DNA of 64,000 nucleotides from an uncultured Gammaproteobacteria bacterium. GTDB taxonomy: Bacteria; Patescibacteriota; Patescibacteriia; Magasanikbacterales; UBA922. Positions 57,785 to 64,000 of this stretch are shown here, in pieces; the stretch's first letter is position 1, and the number at the start of each line of letters is the position of its first letter. The notes below the pieces were generated by a model that made no database searches, was not told the origin of the DNA, and saw only the letters and a program-made list of their open reading frames with translations. Location: contig CAYFPM010000001.1 of the NCBI GenBank assembly GCA_964345045.1, positions 375,632 through 439,631 on the forward strand, given 5' to 3'. Position numbers and translations under genes: made by a program.

Positions 57785-58384
57785 ATGTATATGGCTAAAA
57801 ATTTACACAAGAATAACAAGTATGGATTACTGGTTCTGTTATCAGTAGTTTTTTTATTATCTGGCTTTGGTTGCAATAGCAAAGACAATGTAGAAAAAGA
57901 AACAATGACTGGAAAAATGGAATTGGGTGAGTTTGTAGGGGATATGCAAACAAAAGAAAAAATGGAAGAAAGTACAGTTTCTACAGATAAAATGATGAAG
58001 AAATTTAATGGAACAGAAACCGGAATGATGATGACAAAAACAGATTATCAGTACGAAGGCTTTTTGGAAGATGTAAGTGGAGGAAATGCTTCTGGTGTCG
58101 CCAAAGCTAGTTTTGAGGATGGAACTTACAAATTGTTAGCTAGTTTTTCCGATTTGCCACCACTTGAAAAAGATTATTTTTACGAAGGTTGGGTAGTCAG
58201 AAAAAATCCATTCGATTTTATTAGTACCGGAGCTGCCAAAAATATGGGGGGAATATACAACAATCTTTATCAATCCGATCAAAATCTAACAGATTATGAT
58301 TTTTATGTGCTTACCTTGGAACCGGACGATGGAGACCCTGCTCCGGCAGCTCATATAGTAGAGGGAACAATGAAGAAAAAATAA
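57785..58384 (+). CDS. hypothetical lipoprotein
   Basis: Signal peptide with lipobox LLSGFGC; Met/Lys-rich mature region. Confidence 0.5.
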   Translation: MYMAKNLHKNNKYGLLVLLSVVFLLSGFGCNSKDNVEKETMTGKMELGEFVGDMQTKEKMEESTVSTDKMMKKFNGTETGMMMTKTDYQYEGFLEDVSGGNASGVAKASFEDGTYKLLASFSDLPPLEKDYFYEGWVVRKNPFDFISTGAAKNMGGIYNNLYQSDQNLTDYDFYVLTLEPDDGDPAPAAHIVEGTMKKK

Positions 58385-58391
58385 TTAGTAA

Positions 58392-59057
58392 ATGAAATTT
58401 CGGCAACAAAAAAATTTAATATTGCTTCTAACACTATTTTTGGGTACGGTTGCACTGTATCTTTGGTTTGCCGATAGCCAATATTATCAAGAATTTATTA
58501 TTTGGATTGAGAGTAATATGTTACTTTTTTTCTCGATCCTTTTTTTAATAAAATTTTTGGGGCTAGTTTGGCCGCCAATACCCGGAGGGGTACTTACCTT
58601 GGGAGCAATCCCTATTATTGGTTGGCAAAAAGCTTTTTTGATAGATTTTTTGGGAGAGTTAGCCGGTAGTGTAGTAGCTTATTATTTGGCTTTGTATTGG
58701 GGAGAGACTTTGGTAAAAAAGGTGGTAGATAAAAAAAATTACGAAAAGATCAAAAATTTTAAAGTAAAAAAGAATAGAGAATTTGAGTTGGTATTTTTGC
58801 TTAGAGTATTTGGGGGGACTCTAATAGAAATAGTTTGTTATGCAGCTGGTCTTATGAAAGTCAAATTCAAACCTTTTTTCTTGGCTTCTTTTATTGGTTA
58901 TGCATTGGTTGGTTCATTTACTTTTTACTTTGCAGGGGCTGCTATCCAAAGAGAAAATCTATTAGTCAATACATTTTTACTAATTGTGGCTGCCGTTATA
59001 TTTATTTCTTTTCGAAAGAGATATTTTGAGCTTAATAGCCTAAATAAGAAAAAATAA
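58392..59057 (+). CDS. DedA/TVP38/TMEM64-family membrane protein
   Basis: VWPPIPGGVLTLGAIPIIG and ...LLRVFGGTLIEIVCYAAGLMKVKF re-entrant-loop motifs. Confidence 0.7.
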   Translation: MKFRQQKNLILLLTLFLGTVALYLWFADSQYYQEFIIWIESNMLLFFSILFLIKFLGLVWPPIPGGVLTLGAIPIIGWQKAFLIDFLGELAGSVVAYYLALYWGETLVKKVVDKKNYEKIKNFKVKKNREFELVFLLRVFGGTLIEIVCYAAGLMKVKFKPFFLASFIGYALVGSFTFYFAGAAIQRENLLVNTFLLIVAAVIFISFRKRYFELNSLNKKK

Positions 59058-59058
59058 T

Positions 59059-59508
59059 ATGAGCAAAAAAGTAATTATAATTTTTTTATTAGGAATTTCT
59101 TTTTTGATTGCTTTTTGGTTGATTTCGCCTCTTTTTATAGACAAAGAAGTAAATGAAAGTTTAACAGATATATTAGGGGAAAATGAAGATTTGGAAGTAA
59201 TTTCAAAAGGTGATTTTGTAGGATTGGATAATCATAGAGCTACAGGGACTGCCACACTGCTAAAATCAAATGAGAATTATTTTATTAGATTTGAAGATGA
59301 TTTTGATATTACCAATGGTCCGGATCTGTTTGTAGATCTGGGAAAAAGTGGTCAACATGATTCAGAAGCAAGATTAGGTAAATTAAAGGGGAGTATTGGT
59401 AGCCAAAATTATAAAATTCCAACGGATTTAAATATAGATGAGTACAATGAAGTTTGGGTGTGGTGCCGAGCTTTTTCTGTGCCATTTGGAAAAGTAACTT
59501 TTAAATAA
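59059..59508 (+). CDS. DM13-domain protein (membrane-anchored)
   Basis: TM anchor; GTATLLKS...YFIRFE...ITNGPDLFVDLG...YNEVWVWCRAFSVPFG. Confidence 0.45.
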   Translation: MSKKVIIIFLLGISFLIAFWLISPLFIDKEVNESLTDILGENEDLEVISKGDFVGLDNHRATGTATLLKSNENYFIRFEDDFDITNGPDLFVDLGKSGQHDSEARLGKLKGSIGSQNYKIPTDLNIDEYNEVWVWCRAFSVPFGKVTFK

Positions 59509-59512
59509 TTTT

Positions 59513-60373
59513 ATGCATAAGAAAGAAATTATCAAGAATATAGCCAGAGGTTTTGTAATGGGGAGTGCCGATGTCGTTCCTGGAGTTTCTGGTGGAACTA
59601 TGGCACTTATATTGGGGATTTATGAAAAATTAATAAATTCAATTAGAACTATAAACAAAAAAACTTTAAAACTTTTTTTTAATTTCAAATGGAAAGTTTT
59701 TTTCAAAGAAATCCCAACTATTTTTTTGGGTTCTTTGGCTTTTGGGATACTCTTGGCAGTTTTTACTTTGGCCAAACCAATCGAATGGTTACTAGATCAC
59801 AATCCTAGTTTGGTTTGGGCGTTTTTCTTTGGTTTGGTCTTGGCTTCTATACTTGTGGTAAAAAATAGAATAAAAACTCATTCTTTTTATACGCTGATCG
59901 TGTTTTTGATAGGAGTTGTAGTGGCTTACATTATTGCCGGTCTCTTGCCGGCCGAGACAGCTGCTACTCCGATTTTGTTTTTTATTTCCGGAGCAATCGC
60001 TATTTCGGCTATGATTTTGCCTGGTATTTCTGGATCATTTTTGCTGGTTATAATGGGCAAATACGAACAAGTTCTTTCGGCAGTTAATAATAGAGAAATA
60101 GATACTCTTTTTATTTTTTTATGTGGAATTATTGTAGGTTTACTTTTGTTTGCCAAGTTTTTGTCTTGGCTTTTGCATAATTATCATGATTTAACCATGG
60201 CTACTTTGGTAGGACTTATGTTTGGTTCATTACGCAAGATTTGGCCGTGGAAAATTGGCGAAGCCAATATTGTTCCAACTGATTTTTCTATAAATAATTT
60301 TTATTTGCTTTTGCTTGTCATTTTGGGAATGGCGACGGTTTTTCTTTTGCAAAAGTTAGCAAACAACAAGTAA
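59513..60373 (+). CDS. DUF368-family membrane protein (putative polyprenyl-phosphate transporter)
   Basis: Duplicated (V/I)PG(V/I)SG(G/S) motif: VVPGVSGGTMALILG and ILPGISGSFLLVIMG. Confidence 0.8.
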   Translation: MHKKEIIKNIARGFVMGSADVVPGVSGGTMALILGIYEKLINSIRTINKKTLKLFFNFKWKVFFKEIPTIFLGSLAFGILLAVFTLAKPIEWLLDHNPSLVWAFFFGLVLASILVVKNRIKTHSFYTLIVFLIGVVVAYIIAGLLPAETAATPILFFISGAIAISAMILPGISGSFLLVIMGKYEQVLSAVNNREIDTLFIFLCGIIVGLLLFAKFLSWLLHNYHDLTMATLVGLMFGSLRKIWPWKIGEANIVPTDFSINNFYLLLLVILGMATVFLLQKLANNK

Positions 60374-60377
60374 TTTT

Positions 60378-61271
60378 ATGAAGAAATTATCTAAAGAAAG
60401 AGTAGGAGAATTAAATTTGTTGGGGACAGCTGTTTTGTGGTCTTTTTTCCCAATTATTTCTATTTTGATTATTTCAGGACTCGCACCTTTGGCTGCGGCT
60501 GCTGTTAGTACTTTTTTTTCTACTTTTTTCTTTCTTTTGATCATGATCAAAAAAAGATTGTTTGCAGAGTTAAAAATAAAAGAAGCTTGGCCAGATATAC
60601 TAAAAGCTACTTTTATTATAGGATTTTTGGTTTATTTTTTTATCTTTATAGGTTTAAAATTTACTAGTGCCGGCAACATGATTATTATATCCCAATCAGA
60701 ATCCTTGTTTGCCATTTTTATAATGTATTATTGGAAAGGAGAAAAACTTACCAGACCTCAACTCTATGGAGCCTTACTTATGCTTCTGGGGGTTGGGTTG
60801 GTTCTTTACAACGGGGCTTTTGAATTGAATAGGGGAGATGTATTGGTTCTTTTGGCTGCGGCCGTAGCTCCGGTTGGAAATTATTATGCCAAAAGAGTAA
60901 TGAGATTGGTTAGTAGTCATACTCTAATGTTTGTAAGAAGTATTATTAGTTTTATCTTGTTATTTTTTTCTGCCCTTCTTTTGGAAGGTATGCCAAGCTT
61001 TTCGGCTATTGAAGCTTCGTTATTGTTTTTGTTAATAAATGGTTTTTTGCTTTTAGGATATTCCAAACATTTGTGGTTAGAAGGCTTGAGAAGATTGTCT
61101 GTTTCCAAAGCTACCGCCATGATGCCGATTATTCCAGCTTTTACCTTGCTCTTTGCTATTCCTATCTTAGGTCAAATTCCTACTATTTATCATCTTTTGG
61201 GTTTGGTGATTATTATTTTTGGTCTGTATCTTATTACATTTAACAATGGTAAATTACCAAAAACAACTTGA
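60378..61271 (+). CDS. EamA/DMT-family transporter
   Basis: 297 aa, 10 TM helices arranged as two EamA repeats. Confidence 0.7.
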   Translation: MKKLSKERVGELNLLGTAVLWSFFPIISILIISGLAPLAAAAVSTFFSTFFFLLIMIKKRLFAELKIKEAWPDILKATFIIGFLVYFFIFIGLKFTSAGNMIIISQSESLFAIFIMYYWKGEKLTRPQLYGALLMLLGVGLVLYNGAFELNRGDVLVLLAAAVAPVGNYYAKRVMRLVSSHTLMFVRSIISFILLFFSALLLEGMPSFSAIEASLLFLLINGFLLLGYSKHLWLEGLRRLSVSKATAMMPIIPAFTLLFAIPILGQIPTIYHLLGLVIIIFGLYLITFNNGKLPKTT

Positions 61272-61290
61272 TTTTAGTAACTTTTAAATT

Positions 61291-61854
61291 ATGAAATTAA
61301 AATTAACTATCTTGCTTGGTACTGCCAGAGAAGGTAGACAAAGCGAAAACGTGGCCAAGTTTGTAGAAACAGAGGCCAAAAAATTGGATAATGTAGAAAT
61401 TACTTATGTAGATGTAAAGGATCACCCTATGACAGCTACAGTGCCAAACTGGCAACCTGGTTTGGCCGAACCATCTGCTTGGTCAAAAATCGCCAAAGAG
61501 TCTGATGGTTTTATATTTGTAGTGCCAGAATATAATCATAGTTTTCCTGGGGAATTTAAGCTCCTTTTTGATACGGCTTTTGAAGAATATAAGCACAAAC
61601 CAGTAGCTATAGTACCAGTGTCTTCTGGTGGGTTTGGTGGTACTAGACTGGTAGAAACTTTGCAAAATGTATTGATAGAAACTGGGGCGATTCCGGTTTC
61701 TACAGTTTGGAATGTGTCCAAAGTGGGGGATATGTTTGATGAGTCTGGTAAAGTGATAGATGAAAAAGCTTCGGGGAGACTTAAAAAAGTTTTGGATGAA
61801 CTAGTTTGGTTTGGAAGAATTATGAAAGAAGCAAGAGAGAAACAGGTAAAATAA
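61291..61854 (+). CDS. NADPH-dependent FMN reductase family flavoprotein
   Basis: LTILLGTAREGRQSE, FIFVVPEYNHSFPGEFKLLFD flavodoxin-like motifs; terminator aacatctgatgaggatgtt at ~61862. Confidence 0.8.
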   Translation: MKLKLTILLGTAREGRQSENVAKFVETEAKKLDNVEITYVDVKDHPMTATVPNWQPGLAEPSAWSKIAKESDGFIFVVPEYNHSFPGEFKLLFDTAFEEYKHKPVAIVPVSSGGFGGTRLVETLQNVLIETGAIPVSTVWNVSKVGDMFDESGKVIDEKASGRLKKVLDELVWFGRIMKEAREKQVK

Positions 61855-61935
61855 AAAACATCTGATGAGGATGTTTGGATAGTTGGTTTTTCAAGCTTCG
61901 AGGAGATCGTGACCTCCCCGAAGCTTGTAGCTTGA

Positions 61936-62070
61936 TCAGCCTTTTCGGACGTTGCCGCATTTCGTGCAGACGTAGTCCCTGCCGCTTTGGTCATGATCCG
62001 TGTCATCGTAGCAGTTAGTGCAGTACAGCGTGACTGCTTTGTATAGGGCTATCGCGATGAGCTTGATCAT
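61936..62070 (-). CDS. GC-rich small zinc-ribbon protein (44 aa)
   Basis: MIKLIAIALYKAVTLYCTNCYDDTDHDQSGRDYVCTKCGNVRKG (CxxC-x17-CxxC); AAGGAG 6 nt upstream; followed by long hairpin caagcttcgaggag...ctccccgaagcttg. Confidence 0.35.
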   Translation of the reverse strand: MIKLIAIALYKAVTLYCTNCYDDTDHDQSGRDYVCTKCGNVRKG

Positions 62071-62140
62071 TTCTTCTCCTTCGCTCCCAATGTTGTGGGG
62101 AGCTGAGGAGATCTTATTGTATTTTTTTGATTTTGTCAAT

Positions 62141-62209
62141 ATGTATTTAGAAATTAAAAAAGACCTTCGCAATTTAGCACACCTAGAAAAGAAAAAGCTA
62201 TACAAGTAG
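62141..62209 (+). pseudogene. truncated duplicate of the alkD 5' end (22 codons then stop)
   Basis: aaaaaagaccttcgcaatttagcacacctagaaaagaaaaag is about 90% identical to 62858-62900 at the start of intact alkD; encodes MYLEIKKDLRNLAHLEKKKLYK*. Confidence 0.5.
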
Positions 62210-62335
62210 TTTTTTAAGATTGGAAAATGGCACTATGCTGAGGACGTAAATATGTCACAGACAGACGCTTGACAAATGATTAATAACCTTTTATCTTTTA
62301 AGCGGATCAATAGATCCCCATAGGAAGGAGAAATC

Positions 62336-62668
62336 GTGCAAAATCTGGAAACCTCTAGAAAAGATCTGGAGAGTACCTACAAGGCCTACTATAGGGCCCT
62401 CCGGGGGAGAGACCAAAAAGAATCCCTCACGCCGGAGAGATTCATGCAGATCATGGGAGGGGGGCCAAACTCGGGTCAGGAGCTTCGCCTCAAAGGAGGA
62501 GATGATCCCAAGTTGGTCCAGGCCGTAGTAAAGGCCGTTCAGGTCTATACTTCTGCCGTCCAGAGTCACAATGCCTCAGTGGGGGATAGGTACGTCGTGA
62601 ACCTCAATGACCCCGTCTCGCGAGGCCTGGCCGATGACGCACCTGGCCGGTACAGGTACCGACGGTAG
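62336..62668 (+). CDS. GC-rich hypothetical protein (110 aa) on an inserted cassette
   Basis: GTG start with AGGAAGGAG SD; TTGACA-17-TATCTT promoter at ~62269; 10-bp-stem hairpin cccagagtgc...gcactctggg at 62684-62719; GC over 55%. Confidence 0.45.
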   Translation: MQNLETSRKDLESTYKAYYRALRGRDQKESLTPERFMQIMGGGPNSGQELRLKGGDDPKLVQAVVKAVQVYTSAVQSHNASVGDRYVVNLNDPVSRGLADDAPGRYRYRR

Positions 62669-62732
62669 CTCGAATTCAAGAATCCCAGAGTGCATGAATA
62701 ATTTTCAGGCACTCTGGGAGATCGATCATTAT

Positions 62733-62762
62733 TTTGTAAATATAAAAATTCATATTTACAAA
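62733..62762. promoter_or_regulatory. perfect 11-bp inverted repeat upstream of alkD (operator-like)
   Basis: tttgtaaatat-aaaaattc-atatttacaaa. Confidence 0.4.
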
Positions 62763-62840
62763 ATAATAAGATAGTTTAATTTTTTATTTTTTCGTATAGT
62801 ATTTTTCTGTGCTAGTCGAGGTATTTACTTAAAAGTTTTT

Positions 62841-63548
62841 ATGAGTGTAGCAAAAATAAAAAAAGACCTTCGCAATCTAGCAGACCCAGAAAGAAAAAAA
62901 GTTTATGAGTGGTTTTTTAAGACTGGTCGAGGCCAATATGGGGAAGGGGATAAATTTTTGGGAGTAGTGATGCCAAACATTCGTAAAGTTGCCAAAAATT
63001 ATGTAGAAATGGATTTAGAGAATATAGAAAAGATTTTACAATCTTCATTTCACGAAGATCGGATGTGTGCTTTGGTAATAATGACTTATAAATTTAAAAA
63101 AGTTGATGAAAAAGAACAGAAGAAAATTTATAATTCTTATCTAAAACATATAAAAAAGTATGTAAATAATTGGGATTTGGTAGATGTAAGTGCCCATAAG
63201 ATTGTGGGGGAGTATTTGTTAGACAAAGATAGGAATATACTTTACAAATTAGCTAAATCAAAAAATTTGTGGGAAAGACGAGTAGCAATTGTAGCTACTT
63301 ATCAATTTATAAAAAATAAAGAATTGGAAGATACTTTGAAAATATCAAAAATATTGCTAGAAGATAGTCATGATCTAATCCACAAAGCTGTGGGGTGGAT
63401 GTTGCGAGAGGCTGGGAAAAAAGATGTAAAAGTTTTGGAAAAATTTTTGAAAAAATATTATAAAAAAATGCCACGGACTATGCTTCGTTATTCAATAGAA
63501 AAATTCCCAGAAAAAATTAGAAAAGATTATTTGGTTGGTAAGATATAA
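62841..63548 (+). CDS. DNA alkylation repair protein (AlkD/AlkC-like HEAT-repeat glycosylase family)
   Basis: LRNLADPERKKVYEWFFKTG..., WDLVDVSA, WERRVAIVATY HEAT-like repeats typical of AlkD. Confidence 0.7.
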   Translation: MSVAKIKKDLRNLADPERKKVYEWFFKTGRGQYGEGDKFLGVVMPNIRKVAKNYVEMDLENIEKILQSSFHEDRMCALVIMTYKFKKVDEKEQKKIYNSYLKHIKKYVNNWDLVDVSAHKIVGEYLLDKDRNILYKLAKSKNLWERRVAIVATYQFIKNKELEDTLKISKILLEDSHDLIHKAVGWMLREAGKKDVKVLEKFLKKYYKKMPRTMLRYSIEKFPEKIRKDYLVGKI

Positions 63549-63629
63549 AAATTCAATAAAAATCTAGACTGCCAAGGTCTTGATTTTTTTGTTTATTTCT
63601 GGTAGCGTCTCAATTGGAGGTAGTTAGAC

Positions 63630-64000
63630 ATGTGTATTGAAAAGAGTGAGGTTTTGTCGGGTGGGTACCCTATGTTGGCTTATTTGCCTAGGCAAACAAA
63701 CTCTCAGTTTCAAGATCCTCAAAGACTCTTGATTTTTCATGGAGGTATCCCTTGTGCCCCCATGGAGGTTCTAATGCGCCACGCCGCTCATCGGTTGGGG
63801 TATACCAGTCTATGGGTAGGAAGAGGTCGTCAAAGAGAAGAGGCTCTTTGGTTGTATGATTTGGGACAAGCTGCAAATGGCTTGGGTTATGATTCTCAAT
63901 ATTTGCATAGAGCAAGTCACCTCAGTTTCAGCATGGGATCTTGTTTTGCCCTGCGTGCTATTTTGCATTTTGGTGGAGCCAATTCTTTATATGCCCTGCA
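63630..64000 (+). CDS. GC-rich alpha/beta-hydrolase-like protein, 5' partial (runs off window)
   Basis: GGAGG 9 nt upstream of ATG 63630; manual translation MCIEKSEVLSGGYPMLAYLP...LLIFHGG...SFSMGSCFAL (HGG oxyanion and GxSxG-like nucleophile elbow); GC about 50%. Confidence 0.4.
   Translation, partial: MCIEKSEVLSGGYPMLAYLPRQTNSQFQDPQRLLIFHGGIPCAPMEVLMRHAAHRLGYTSLWVGRGRQREEALWLYDLGQAANGLGYDSQYLHRASHLSFSMGSCFALRAILHFGGANSLYAL

Overview
This 64 kb window reads as an AT-rich (about 33-36% GC) bacterial chromosome segment with small genes, few Shine-Dalgarno (SD) sequences and a short rpoA, which fits a Patescibacteria/CPR-like lineage. That lineage call is inference from composition only.

Core content:
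- a ribosomal-protein/RNA-polymerase cluster (infA-rpmJ-rpsM-rpsK-rpsD-rpoA-rplQ-rplM-rpsI);
- a complete F-type ATP synthase operon (atpZ-like, atpB-E-F-H-A-G-D, then a cyclophilin gene, then atpC);
- alaS, metG, fmt, def, mnmA, rsmI, a priA-like gene, tatD and a tyrosine recombinase;
- envelope genes: a DsbA/DsbB pair, a Wzx flippase, GT4 and GT2 glycosyltransferases, an O-antigen-ligase-like protein, GtrA, DedA, DUF368 and a DacA-like D-Ala-D-Ala carboxypeptidase;
- an ECF-sigma module (Zn-ribbon protein, sigma factor, membrane protein, Spy/CpxP-like LTXXQ protein);
- an ABC exporter, a SET-domain protein and a VirD4/TraG-like ATPase.

The most unusual signal is a series of short GC-rich islands (about 45-55% GC). 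Most carry small ORFs with canonical GGAGG-type SDs, TTGACA-type promoters and their own hairpins, whereas host genes largely lack an SD. One of these islands sits between a truncated duplicate of the alkD 5' end and the intact alkD gene.

Further observations:
- several dispersed GC-rich repeat families, including one that appears in-frame inside tatD and a 72-bp palindromic element on both sides of the GT4 gene;
- a recurrent GATTAC(G/A)CAGATTT operator-like motif in four intergenic regions;
- an alaS with a ~145-aa HAD-like insertion;
- a priA-like gene missing Walker A and Walker B;
- an rpoA without the alpha C-terminal domain.

No tRNA, rRNA or CRISPR array could be supported.

All functional calls come from by-eye motif recognition and need database confirmation.
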